64,000 nucleotides of DNA from Acidimicrobiia bacterium (GCA_047459075.1 VSCH01000014.1:4833-68832); one strand, 5' to 3'; positions 27,129-36,243 are shown, counted from the stretch's first letter. Notes: generated by a model not told the origin, from the letters alone. Numbers and translations are program-made.

Positions 27129-29054
27129 GTGAGGCGACGATCGAGACGAGGGCGCGACGCGCCGGGGCCCGCCGCCGACGGGTCCGGCGGTCGCGCCGGC
27201 CGCTCCCGGTCGCGGCGCGACCGGGGCGGACCCGTCGACCCGGCGCCCCCGCGCCCGGCCGGCCCCGCCGCCCACGGACCACCGCGGGGCACCGGGACGA
27301 CCCGCCCGCCCGAGCGGCGGGCACCCGGCGCCTACCGCGAGACCCGGGCGTACGGCCCGGGCGTCGGCGCGCCCGCCCGCGACCGCGGCGCGTACGGCCG
27401 GATCGGCCCCGAGGCCGGCGGCGCGCCCCCGCGGTCCGAGGCCTACAGCGGCGCCGCCGCGGGCCGACCCGACCGCCTGCACGGCCGCCTCGCCGACCCG
27501 GTGGGGCGGATGCCCGACCGGCCCCGCCGCTCGTCGCCGGCCCACCTCGCCCCCCGCTACGACCGCCGGCGCCTCGGCGCGCTGGTGCTCGTCGCCGCCC
27601 TCGTCCTCGGCTGCGCCGCCGCCGCCCACCAGGTGGTCCAGCTCGTCCGGGACGACGCCGACACGTCCGACGACCTGGCCGGGGCGCCCGACGAGCCGCT
27701 CGTCGTCGGCACCACGACGACCGCCCCGGCCGCCCCCGAGCAGGCCGCACCGGCCTCCGGCTTCCCGACCCCGGGCCTGCTGACGTTCCGGGGCAGCCCC
27801 ACCCGCAGCTACCACGGGGAGGGGCCCGTCCCCACCGACCCCCGGGTGCTGTGGACCTACCCGGCCGACGGCGAGGGGATGTGCGCCGAGTCCGCCGTCG
27901 GCGACGAGGTGAAGGTGTGGTGCGGCAGCGGCTGGACCGGCCAGCCGGCGGTCTTCGAGCGCGACGGCCGCACCTGGGTCGTGTTCGGCGCCTACGACCG
28001 CATGGTCCACTTCGTCGACTACGAGACCGGCGAGGACATCCTCCCGCCCTTCGAGACCGGCGACATCATCAAGGGCTCGGTCACCGTCGACCCCGACGGG
28101 CTGCCGCTCGTCTACACGGGCAGCCGGGACAACAAGCTGCGGGTCATCGCCATCGACCGCCCCGAGCCGACCGAGCTGTGGTCGCTCGACGCCCGGGACG
28201 TCAGCCCCACGATGTGGAACGACGACTGGGACGGCTCGCCGCTCGTGCTCGGCGACTACCTCTACGAGGGCGGCGAGAACTCGCAGTTCCACATCGTCAA
28301 GCTGAACCGGTCCATCGGCGACGACGGGCTCGTCCAGGTGGCGCCGGAGCTCGTGTTCAACACGCCGGGGTGGGACGAGGAGCTGCTGGCGGCGCTGGAG
28401 ACCCGGCGGAACGACGTGTCGATCGAGAACTCCGTCGCCTACCACGACGGCGTCGTCTACTTCGCCAACTCCGGCGGCCTGGTCCAGGGCTGGGACGTGT
28501 CGGGCATCGCCGAGGGCGTGGCGCCGACCCGGGTGCTGCGGTTCTGGGCCGGCGACGACATCGACGCCTCGATCGTCGTCGACGAGGAGGGCTACCTCTA
28601 CGTCGCGGTCGAGAACGAGCGGGGCAACAGCCGGTCCGCCGAGGTCGGGCAGCTGCTCAAGCTCGACCCCCGCTCGCCCGACGACCCGCTCGTGTGGTCG
28701 GTGCACGACAGCGGTGGCTTCTGGGCGACCCCGGCGCTGCACCGCGACATCGTCATCGCCGCCTCCGACGGCGGCACCGTCTACGGCGTCGACCGGGAGA
28801 CGGGCGAGGTCCGCTGGACCTTCCAGCTCCCGCCGCCCACCTGGCAGTCGGCCGTCGTCGTCGACGACACGCTGGTCCAGGGCGACTGCCAGGGCGGGCT
28901 GCACGCCTACGACGTCTCCGACACGACCGTCGCCCCGCCCGAGCTGTGGCGCGTCGACCTCGAGGGCTGCATCGAGTCGACGCCCGCCCTGTGGCACGGG
29001 CGGATCTTCGTCGGCACGCGGGGCGGGCTCTTCTACGCCATCGGCGACGCCTGA
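27129..29054 (+). CDS. membrane-anchored PQQ-like beta-propeller repeat protein with a disordered cytoplasmic N-terminus
   Basis: About 135 aa rich in Arg/Pro/Gly/Tyr (GC3 near 100 percent, so it is coding), then TM LGALVLVAALVLGCAAAA, then repeated propeller blades (GGTVYGVDRETGEVRWTF, GGLVQGWDV, GGLFYAIGD). Confidence 0.75.
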   Translation: MRRRSRRGRDAPGPAADGSGGRAGRSRSRRDRGGPVDPAPPRPAGPAAHGPPRGTGTTRPPERRAPGAYRETRAYGPGVGAPARDRGAYGRIGPEAGGAPPRSEAYSGAAAGRPDRLHGRLADPVGRMPDRPRRSSPAHLAPRYDRRRLGALVLVAALVLGCAAAAHQVVQLVRDDADTSDDLAGAPDEPLVVGTTTTAPAAPEQAAPASGFPTPGLLTFRGSPTRSYHGEGPVPTDPRVLWTYPADGEGMCAESAVGDEVKVWCGSGWTGQPAVFERDGRTWVVFGAYDRMVHFVDYETGEDILPPFETGDIIKGSVTVDPDGLPLVYTGSRDNKLRVIAIDRPEPTELWSLDARDVSPTMWNDDWDGSPLVLGDYLYEGGENSQFHIVKLNRSIGDDGLVQVAPELVFNTPGWDEELLAALETRRNDVSIENSVAYHDGVVYFANSGGLVQGWDVSGIAEGVAPTRVLRFWAGDDIDASIVVDEEGYLYVAVENERGNSRSAEVGQLLKLDPRSPDDPLVWSVHDSGGFWATPALHRDIVIAASDGGTVYGVDRETGEVRWTFQLPPPTWQSAVVVDDTLVQGDCQGGLHAYDVSDTTVAPPELWRVDLEGCIESTPALWHGRIFVGTRGGLFYAIGDA

Positions 29055-29106
29055 CCGCCGCCCGTCCCCGGGCGGGGGCCGCCGCGGGTGGCCCTATCCT
29101 CGCCCC

Positions 29107-30768
29107 GTGACCGCGCCGACCCCTCCCAACCGCCCCCCGCTCACCTTCACCGTCGACGGCCGGTCGGTCGAGGTCCCCGACGACGGCTCCAGCCTGCTCG
29201 GGGTCCTGCGCGACCGCCTCGGGATCCGCTCGGCCAAGGACGGCTGCAGCCCCCAGGGCCAGTGCGGCTGCTGCACCGTGCTGGTCGACGGCCAGCCCCG
29301 GGTGGCCTGCGTGACGCCCGCCCGCCGGGTGCGGGGCCGCACGATCACCACGCTCGACGGCCTGCCCGAGGACGAGCGCCGGTCGTGGGCCGAGGCGTTC
29401 TGCGCCACCGGCGCGAGCCAGTGCGGCTTCTGCACGCCGGGGATCGTCGTCCGGCTGTCCGGCCTCGCCGCCAAGGGCACCGCGGCCGACGACACGGCGG
29501 CGGTCGAGCAGGCGCTGCTGGCCCACCTCTGCCGTTGCACCGGCTGGCGCACCATCCTCGAGGCCTGGGCGGCCCACGTCGGCGGGCGCGCCGCCGGCGA
29601 CCCCGACCGCGACCTCGAGGCCGCGGCGCGGCGGGCGACGATCGAGGGGCGGACGCCCCAAGCGGTGTCCCCCGAGGTGGCGCTCGGCCACGGCGGCTTC
29701 GCCGACGACGGCGCCCCCGACGGCGCCCTGGTCGCCGTGCCCGACGGCGCCGGGGGGTGGTCGGTCGGCGAGACCCTGGCCGAGGCCCGGGCGGCCGCCG
29801 GGAAGGTGCAGGGCCGCCGGACCACCGTCGAGGTGCGCCACCCGCTCGAGCCGCCGCCGGGCGACTGGGCGGCGACGCTGGTGACGACCTGGGTCGAGCC
29901 CGGCTACCTCGAGCTGGACGCGTCGTGGTGCGAGCCGGGCGGCGAGCCGGCCTCCCCGCTCGGCAACGGCGGGGCGTTCGGCGGGAAGCTCTCGACGGTC
30001 GTCACGACGGCGGCCCGGGAGCTGGCCGACCGGCACGGCCGGCCGGTGCGGGTCCTGCTCGCCCGCGAGGACGCGGTCCGGATGGGCCCGAAGCGCCCGC
30101 CGGTGGCCGGCGGGATGCGGGCCGACGGCTCCGGCGTGCTGCGGGTCGTCGCCACCCCGGGGATCGGCGAGGTCGTGGCCCGGGTGGCGCCCCGGCTGCA
30201 CGTCGAGCAGGTCGAGGTGCCCGGGCCCGCCACGTCGCTCGACCTCCGGGCGGCCGGGTGGGCCGAGGCCCTCGTGCTCGCCGCCGGCGCCGGCGCCGTG
30301 CTCGACGAGGGGGCGGACGCCCCCGGCGTCCTGGCCGTGGAGCGGGAGGCCGGGGCGGACGGGGCGGGGCGGGGCGCGGTGGCGCTGCGCTCGCCCGACG
30401 GCGCGGTGGCCCGGGCCGAGGTCGTGACCGGCGACGACCCGCGGGTCGCGGTCGAGGTGTCGTGCGGCGAGGTGCTCGACGAGGTGGTGCTGCGCTCCTA
30501 CTGCATCGGCGCCGCCCACATGGCGCTCGGCTGGGTGACGAGCGAGGGCCTGGCGGTCGACGACGAGGGCCGCGTCCACGACCTGACCATCCGCAGCTTC
30601 GGCATCCTGCGGGCGGTCGACATGCCCCCGGTGGAGGTGGCGCTCGACCGGGCGGCCTCGGGCCCGCCGGTCAACGGCTCGGACGCGGTGTTCGCCGCGG
30701 TGGCCGCGGCCGCGTGGCTGGCCCAGGGCGCGCCGCCCGCCTGGCCGACCGGCGTCCGGCTGCGCTGA
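29107..30768 (+). CDS. fused [2Fe-2S] (CoxS/XdhA-type) and shortened molybdopterin-subunit-like protein
   Basis: CSPQGQCGCCTV, CGFCTPG, CRCTGW, followed by only about 390 aa of XDH/aldehyde-oxidase-like sequence (GGAFGGKLS, RPVRVLLAREDAV, GAAHMALGW). Start GTG 29107. Confidence 0.7.
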   Translation: MTAPTPPNRPPLTFTVDGRSVEVPDDGSSLLGVLRDRLGIRSAKDGCSPQGQCGCCTVLVDGQPRVACVTPARRVRGRTITTLDGLPEDERRSWAEAFCATGASQCGFCTPGIVVRLSGLAAKGTAADDTAAVEQALLAHLCRCTGWRTILEAWAAHVGGRAAGDPDRDLEAAARRATIEGRTPQAVSPEVALGHGGFADDGAPDGALVAVPDGAGGWSVGETLAEARAAAGKVQGRRTTVEVRHPLEPPPGDWAATLVTTWVEPGYLELDASWCEPGGEPASPLGNGGAFGGKLSTVVTTAARELADRHGRPVRVLLAREDAVRMGPKRPPVAGGMRADGSGVLRVVATPGIGEVVARVAPRLHVEQVEVPGPATSLDLRAAGWAEALVLAAGAGAVLDEGADAPGVLAVEREAGADGAGRGAVALRSPDGAVARAEVVTGDDPRVAVEVSCGEVLDEVVLRSYCIGAAHMALGWVTSEGLAVDDEGRVHDLTIRSFGILRAVDMPPVEVALDRAASGPPVNGSDAVFAAVAAAAWLAQGAPPAWPTGVRLR

Positions 30769-30830
30769 CGGCCGCACCGGGGCGGGCGCGCCCGCCCCGG
30801 CCCGCCGCGCCGCGGGCTACCGTCGAGCCG

Positions 30831-31190
30831 ATGTCCACGCCTGCGAAGCCCGTCGGTCCCTACACGCCCGTCGTCCGCGCCGGGGGGTGGCTCGTGGTGT
30901 CCGGCCAGGTCGGCATCGCCGACGGCCGGCTCGTGCCGGGCGGCACGGCGGCCGAGACCCGCCAGGCGCTCGCCAACCTCGAGGCCCAGCTGGCCACCGA
31001 GGGCGCCTCGCTCACCGACGTCGTGAAGACCACCGTCTTCCTCCGCCACATGAGCGACTACGCGGTCATGAACGAGGTGTACACCGAGGTCTTCGGCGAC
31101 CACCGGCCGGCCCGCTCGGCCATCGGCGTGGCCGAGCTCCCGCTCGGCGCGCTGGTCGAAGTGGAGGCCTGGGCGTGGGTCGGGGGATGA
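30831..31190 (+). CDS. ridA: RidA/YjgF-family reactive-intermediate deaminase
   Basis: PVGPYTPVVRAGGWLVVSGQVG...VVKTTVFLRHMSDYAVMNEVY...RSAIGVAELPLGALVEVEAWA. Confidence 0.9.
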   Translation: MSTPAKPVGPYTPVVRAGGWLVVSGQVGIADGRLVPGGTAAETRQALANLEAQLATEGASLTDVVKTTVFLRHMSDYAVMNEVYTEVFGDHRPARSAIGVAELPLGALVEVEAWAWVGG

Positions 31191-31197
31191 TGGGCCC

Positions 31198-31356
31198 ATG
31201 CTCGGCGCTGTCCTGATCGTCATCGCGCTCGTCGTCGTCATCCCGGTCGCCGTCCTCGTCACCACGCCGATCATCGCCGCCGTCCTCGGCTGGTCGCTGA
31301 AGGCCGACGCCGAGCGCCGCCACGAGGGCAGCGAGCTGATCGCGCTCAACCGCTGA
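31198..31356 (+). CDS. small hydrophobic protein (52 aa), below the ORF-track size cut-off
   Basis: Own translation: MLGAVLIVIALVVVIPVAVLVTTPIIAAVLGWSLKADAERRHEGSELIALNR. GC3 is high, and it starts 8 nt after the ridA stop. Confidence 0.45.
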   Translation: MLGAVLIVIALVVVIPVAVLVTTPIIAAVLGWSLKADAERRHEGSELIALNR

Positions 31357-31389
31357 GCGCCCCGCGGCCGCCGGCAGGGGCGGCCGGGG

Positions 31390-32070
31390 CTACGGGGTCC
31401 AGCGCGCCTGGCCGAAGCGGTAGCCGACGGAGCGCACGGTCTGGATCAGGCTGGCGTGCTCCTCGCCGAGCTTGGCCCGCAGGCGGCGGATGTGGACGTC
31501 GACCGTCCGGGCGCCGCCGAAGTACTCGTAGCCCCACACCCGGCTGAGCAGGACCTCGCGGGTGAACACCCGACCGGGGTGGGCGGCGAGGAACTTCAGC
31601 AGCTCGTACTCCATGTAGGTGAGGTCGAGCGGCTGGCCGTCGATGGCCGCCTGGTAGGTCTCCAGGTTGAGCACCAGGGGGCCGTACTCGACGAGCTCGG
31701 GGCGCGTGCCCCGCCCGCTCCGCCAGAACAGGTGCTTCAGCCGGGCCTCCAGCTCCAGCGGCTGGAACGGGTACAGGCAGAAGTCGTCGAACAGGTCCTC
31801 GCGCAGCTCCAGGTCGCCCAGCTGCGCACCGGACACCAACAGGAGCAGGGGTTCGAGGGGCGTGTCGCGCTTGCGCACCGCCCGGCACAGCCGGAAGGCG
31901 CTCTCGGGCTCCTGGACGGCGACGACGACCGCCCCCGACCAGCCGTCGGCCGGCTCGTCGCGCGCCGCCGCCCGCTCGTCGGCGACGGCCTTCCACGGGT
32001 AGCCGGCGAGGTCGAGGGCCTGGGCGAGCTCCGGCGGGGCGGGGTCCGGGTGGATCAGCAGCGGTTCCAT
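31390..32070 (-). CDS. GlnR-like orphan OmpR-family regulator with atypical receiver domain
   Basis: C-terminal winged helix (LTYMEYELLKFLAAHPGRVFTREVLLSRVWGYEYFGGARTVDVHIRRLRAKL). The N-terminal pseudo-receiver reads AVVVAVQEPES where a phospho-acceptor Asp is expected. Located 25 nt downstream of a GS gene. Confidence 0.75.
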   Translation of the reverse strand: MEPLLIHPDPAPPELAQALDLAGYPWKAVADERAAARDEPADGWSGAVVVAVQEPESAFRLCRAVRKRDTPLEPLLLLVSGAQLGDLELREDLFDDFCLYPFQPLELEARLKHLFWRSGRGTRPELVEYGPLVLNLETYQAAIDGQPLDLTYMEYELLKFLAAHPGRVFTREVLLSRVWGYEYFGGARTVDVHIRRLRAKLGEEHASLIQTVRSVGYRFGQARWTP

Positions 32071-32095
32071 CGGGTGCCGCTCGCGCGCGTCGGGC

Positions 32096-33439
32096 TCAGA
32101 GGCGCGGGAGGTAGCGCTCGAGCTCGAAGGTCGTCACGTGCGTCTTGTACTCCATCCACTCCTGCCGCTTGTTGCGGATGAACCACTCGAAGACGTGCTC
32201 GCCGAGCGCCTCGGCCACCAGCTCGGAGCGCTCCATCTCGTCGAGCGCGTCCGACAGCGACTGCGGCAGCGTGTCGATGCCCTCGGCGATGCGCTCGGCC
32301 TCGGTCAGCTCGTAGAGGTTGACGACGGTCTCGTCGGCCAGCTCGTAGCCCTTCTCGATGCCCCGCAGGCCCGCGGCGAGGATGACCGAGAACGCCAGGT
32401 AGGGGTTGCAGGCCGGGTCGGGCGCCCGGTACTCGAGGCGGGCGCTCTCGGCCTTGCCCTTCTTGATCGGCGGCACGTTGACGATGACCGACCGGTTGTT
32501 GCGGGCCCACGACGTGTAGATCGGCGCCTCGTAGCCGACCACCAGCCGCTTGTAGGAGTTCACCCACTGGTTGGTCACCGCGGTGATCTCCCGCGCGTGG
32601 TGCAGCAGGCCGGCGATGAACCCGCGGGCGACCTCGGACAGGCTGTACTCGTCGTCCGGGTCGTAGAAGGCGTTGGTGTCGCCCTCGAACAGCGACACGT
32701 GCGTGTGCATCCCCGAGCCCTGCACACCGGTGAGCGGCTTGGGCATGAAGGTGGCGTGCACGCCGGCCTCCAGCGCGACCTCCTTCACGACGAGGCGGAA
32801 GGTCATGACGCTGTCGGCCATCGTCAGCGCGTCGGTGTAGCGCAGGTCGATCTCGTGCTGGCTGGGCGCGTCCTCGTGGTGGCTGTACTCGACCGGGATG
32901 CCCAGGGCCTCGAGGGTGTGGATGGTCCGCTGGCGCAGGTCGGTCGCCACGTCGGCCGTCGTCAGGTCGAAGTACGACGCCTGGTCGAGAGGCTCGGGGC
33001 GCTTCGACGGGTCGCCGTCCGCGAAGTAGAAGAACTCCATCTCGGGGGCGACGTAGAAGCTGAAGCCCTTCTCGCGCGCCTTCTCGAGGTTGCGGCGAAG
33101 GACCTGGCGGGGGTCGCCCTCGAACGGGCTGCCGTCGAGGTTGATGATGTCGCAGAACACCCGGGCCGACGTGCCGACGCCGTCGGCCCAGGGCAGGATC
33201 TCGAAGCTGTTCGGGTCGGGGCGGGCCAGGACGTCCGACTCCTGCACGCGGGAGTAGCCGTCGATCGACGAGCCGTCGAACCGCATGCCCTCCTCGAACG
33301 CGCCCTCGAGCTCGACCGGCGAGATGGCGAAGGACTTCAGCTGCCCCAGCACGTCCGTGAACCAGAGGCGGATCATCCGCACGCCGCGCTCCTCGACCGT
33401 GCGGAGGACGTAGTCTCGCTGGCGCTCCGAGCTCTCCAT
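32096..33439 (-). CDS. glutamine synthetase, type I, GlnA2-like
   Basis: ATG 33439 (MESSERQRDYVL). RLWFTDVLGQLKSFAI, GSGMHTHVSLFEG, NRSVIVNVP. 447 aa. Confidence 0.9.
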   Translation of the reverse strand: MESSERQRDYVLRTVEERGVRMIRLWFTDVLGQLKSFAISPVELEGAFEEGMRFDGSSIDGYSRVQESDVLARPDPNSFEILPWADGVGTSARVFCDIINLDGSPFEGDPRQVLRRNLEKAREKGFSFYVAPEMEFFYFADGDPSKRPEPLDQASYFDLTTADVATDLRQRTIHTLEALGIPVEYSHHEDAPSQHEIDLRYTDALTMADSVMTFRLVVKEVALEAGVHATFMPKPLTGVQGSGMHTHVSLFEGDTNAFYDPDDEYSLSEVARGFIAGLLHHAREITAVTNQWVNSYKRLVVGYEAPIYTSWARNNRSVIVNVPPIKKGKAESARLEYRAPDPACNPYLAFSVILAAGLRGIEKGYELADETVVNLYELTEAERIAEGIDTLPQSLSDALDEMERSELVAEALGEHVFEWFIRNKRQEWMEYKTHVTTFELERYLPRL

Positions 33440-33490
33440 GGGGGGAATGGTGGGGCCGCCCCGGGCGGCGCCGCAACCAGGGCCTCGTCG

Positions 33491-33529
33491 GTTCACAGTC
33501 CGTTCACACATGGGCAACAGGTCGGAAAC
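33491..33529. promoter_or_regulatory. GlnR-box-like array: four pentamers ending in AC with exact 11-bp phasing
   Basis: gTTCAC-agtccg-TTCAC-acatgg-GCAAC-aggtcg-GAAAC. The AC dinucleotides sit at 33495/96, 33506/07, 33517/18 and 33528/29, in the 152-nt spacer between divergent GS genes. Confidence 0.5.
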
Positions 33530-33591
33530 TGCCCGTTGCCAGCCTGCGGAGCCGTCACGCTGGACTCGCCGAACGGGAGGATCCACCCCCC

Positions 33592-34596
33592 ATGACGTAC
33601 AAGGCCGAATACATCTGGATCGACGGCACCGAGCCGACGGCCAAGCTGCGGTCGAAGACCAAGATCCTGCCGGACGGCGCGGAGATCCCGATCTGGGGGT
33701 TCGACGGCTCGAGCACCAACCAGGCCCCGGGTGACCGCTCCGACTGCGTGCTGCAGCCGGTGTTCACCTGCCCCGACCCGGTGCGGGGCGGCGACAACGT
33801 CCTCGTGCTGTGCGAGGTCCTCAACACCGACATGACCCCGCACCCCTCCAACACCCGGGCCCGGTGCGTCGAGATCGCCGAGCGCTACAAGGACCACGAG
33901 CCCATCTTCGGGATCGAGCAGGAGTACACGTTCTTCAAGGACGGCCGCCCGCTGGGCTTCCCGCCCGGCGGCTTCCCCGCCCCGCAGGGCGGCTACTACT
34001 GCGGCGTCGGCGCCGACGAGGTGTTCGGCCGCGACATCGTCGAGGCCCACCTCGACGCCTGCCTGGCCGCCGGCCTGCACATCTCGGGCATCAACGCCGA
34101 GGTGATGCCCGGCCAGTGGGAGTTCCAGGTCGGCCCGGTCGGCGTGCCGCAGGTCGCCGACGAGCTGTGGGTGGCCCGGTGGCTGCTCTACCGGATCGCC
34201 GAGGACTTCGGCATCTCGGCCACCCTCGACCCCAAGCCGGTGAAGGGCGACTGGAACGGCGCCGGCGCCCACACCAACTTCTCGACCAAGGCCATGCGCG
34301 AGAGCTACGACGCCGTCATCGCCGCCGCCGAAGCCCTCGGCAAGGACCCGCAGAAGCACATCGACGGCTACGGGGCCGACATCCAGCACCGCCTCACCGG
34401 CATGCACGAGACGGCCCCGTGGGACACCTACAGCTACGGCGTCTCGAACCGCGGCGCCTCGGTCCGCATCCCCTGGCAGGTCGAGGTCGACCAGAAGGGC
34501 TACATCGAGGACCGCCGCCCGAACGCCAACTGCGACCCCTACGTCGTCACCCGGCTGCTGGTCGAGACGATCTGCTCGGCCGAGCAGCAGCAGTGA
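33592..34596 (+). CDS. glnII: glutamine synthetase, type II (eukaryote-like GSII)
   Basis: AEYIWIDG, FGIEQEYTFF, GINAEVMPGQWEFQVGP, RGASVRIP. ATG follows GGGAGGA. Confidence 0.9.
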   Translation: MTYKAEYIWIDGTEPTAKLRSKTKILPDGAEIPIWGFDGSSTNQAPGDRSDCVLQPVFTCPDPVRGGDNVLVLCEVLNTDMTPHPSNTRARCVEIAERYKDHEPIFGIEQEYTFFKDGRPLGFPPGGFPAPQGGYYCGVGADEVFGRDIVEAHLDACLAAGLHISGINAEVMPGQWEFQVGPVGVPQVADELWVARWLLYRIAEDFGISATLDPKPVKGDWNGAGAHTNFSTKAMRESYDAVIAAAEALGKDPQKHIDGYGADIQHRLTGMHETAPWDTYSYGVSNRGASVRIPWQVEVDQKGYIEDRRPNANCDPYVVTRLLVETICSAEQQQ

Positions 34597-34630
34597 GCCA
34601 ACGGCTCTCCTCGCGGGGGGAACCGCGGCC

Positions 34631-34652
34631 GGGGCGCCCGTGCGGGCGCCCC
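34631..34652 (+). terminator. perfect 9-bp GC hairpin after glnII
   Basis: GGGGCGCCC-gtgc-GGGCGCCCC. Confidence 0.5.
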
Positions 34653-34757
34653 GGTGGCGCGGACGGGCACCGGGCCGGCCCGCACCGACCGTCCCGGTGC
34701 GCCGACACCCCGCTTGTTAGCGTGCGAAGCCGATCGAGCACCTGAAGGGAGCAACGA

Positions 34758-36182
34758 GTGCAGGAGCGAACCCCCGACGAGGTCCTGGCACTGATCGCCG
34801 ACGAGGGCATCGAGGTCGTCGACGTCCGGTTCTGCGACCTGCCGGGCCTGATGCAGCACTTCTCCGTCCCGGCGTCGCAGCTCACCCCCGAGGTGTTCGA
34901 GGAGGGCCTCGGGTTCGACGGCTCGTCGATCCGCGGCTTCCAGGAGATCCAGGAGTCGGACATGATCCTCATCCCCGACTCCAGCACGGCGTTCGTCGAC
35001 CCGTTCCGGAGCCGCAAGACGCTGGCCATCCACGCCTACGTCCACGACCCGCTCACCGGCGAGCCCTACTCCCGCGACCCCCGCTACGTCGCTCGCAAGG
35101 CGGCCGAGCACCTGCGGTCGACCGGGATCGCGGACACCTGCTACATCGGCCCGGAGGCCGAGTTCTTCATCTTCGACGACGTGCGGTTCCACCAGGACCA
35201 GCACTCGGCCAGCTACTCGGTCGACTCGGTCGAGGGCGCGTGGAACACCGGCCGCGACGAGGGCCCGAACCTCGGCTACAAGATCCGGTACAAGGAGGGC
35301 TACTTCCCCCTCCCGCCGGCCGACCACTTCCAGGACCTGCGGACCGAGATGATGATGACGCTCGAGCAGGTCGGCATCGAGGTGGAGCTGCAGCACCACG
35401 AGGTCGGCACGGCCGGCCAGGCCGAGATCGACATCCGCTTCGACGAGCTGAGCCGCATGGCCGACAAGGTCATGCTGTTCAAGTACGTCGTGAAGAACGT
35501 GGCCCTGCAGTACGGCAAGACGGTCACGTTCATGCCCAAGCCGGTGTTCCAGGACAACGGCTCGGGCATGCACACGCACCAGTCGCTGTGGAAGGCGGGC
35601 GAGCCGCTGTTCTACGACGAGGCCGGCTACGCCGGGTTCTCCGACATCGGCCGCTGGTACATCGGCGGCCTGCTGGCCCACGCGCCGGCCGTCCTGGCGT
35701 TCACGAACCCGACGACCAACAGCTACAAGCGCCTGGTCCCGGGCTACGAGGCGCCGGTCAACCTCGTCTACAGCCAGCGGAACCGCTCGGCGGCGGTGCG
35801 CATCCCGCTCTACACGCAGAGCCCGAAGGCCAAGCGGCTCGAGTTCCGGTGCCCCGACCCGTCGTGCAACCCGTACCTGGCGTTCTCGGCGATGCTGATG
35901 GCCGGGCTCGACGGGATCAACAACCGGATCGAGCCGCCCGACCCGGTCGACAAGGACCTCTACGACCTGCCGCCCGAGGAGCTGGCGCAGGTGCCGCAGG
36001 TGCCGGGGTCGCTGGAGGCGGTGCTCGACGCGCTCGAGGAGGACAACGAGTTCCTCAAGGCCGGCGGGGTGTTCACCGACGACCTCATCGAGACGTGGAT
36101 CTCGTACAAGCGGACCCACGAGGTCGACGAGATGCGCCTGCGGCCCCACCCGTGGGAGTTCGCGCTCTACTACGACATCTGA
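34758..36182 (+). CDS. glnA: glutamine synthetase, type I (adenylylatable GlnA)
   Basis: [31 protein letters not shown], and the adenylylation loop [14 protein letters not shown] start after AAGGGAG. Confidence 0.9.
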   Translation: MQERTPDEVLALIADEGIEVVDVRFCDLPGLMQHFSVPASQLTPEVFEEGLGFDGSSIRGFQEIQESDMILIPDSSTAFVDPFRSRKTLAIHAYVHDPLTGEPYSRDPRYVARKAAEHLRSTGIADTCYIGPEAEFFIFDDVRFHQDQHSASYSVDSVEGAWNTGRDEGPNLGYKIRYKEGYFPLPPADHFQDLRTEMMMTLEQVGIEVELQHHEVGTAGQAEIDIRFDELSRMADKVMLFKYVVKNVALQYGKTVTFMPKPVFQDNGSGMHTHQSLWKAGEPLFYDEAGYAGFSDIGRWYIGGLLAHAPAVLAFTNPTTNSYKRLVPGYEAPVNLVYSQRNRSAAVRIPLYTQSPKAKRLEFRCPDPSCNPYLAFSAMLMAGLDGINNRIEPPDPVDKDLYDLPPEELAQVPQVPGSLEAVLDALEEDNEFLKAGGVFTDDLIETWISYKRTHEVDEMRLRPHPWEFALYYDI

Positions 36183-36243
36183 GCCGCCCCGTCGGGCGAT
36201 CCGGCGTCGCCGGGTCGGCCGTGTGCGGCTGAGGGACGCCGGG

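Noticed and set aside
34700-34757. Second GlnR box upstream of glnA (GTTAG-n6-AAGCC-n6-GCACC-n6-GAGCA).
   Set aside because: It shares only the spacing. The pentamers do not end in AC and do not match the a-site or b-site consensus.
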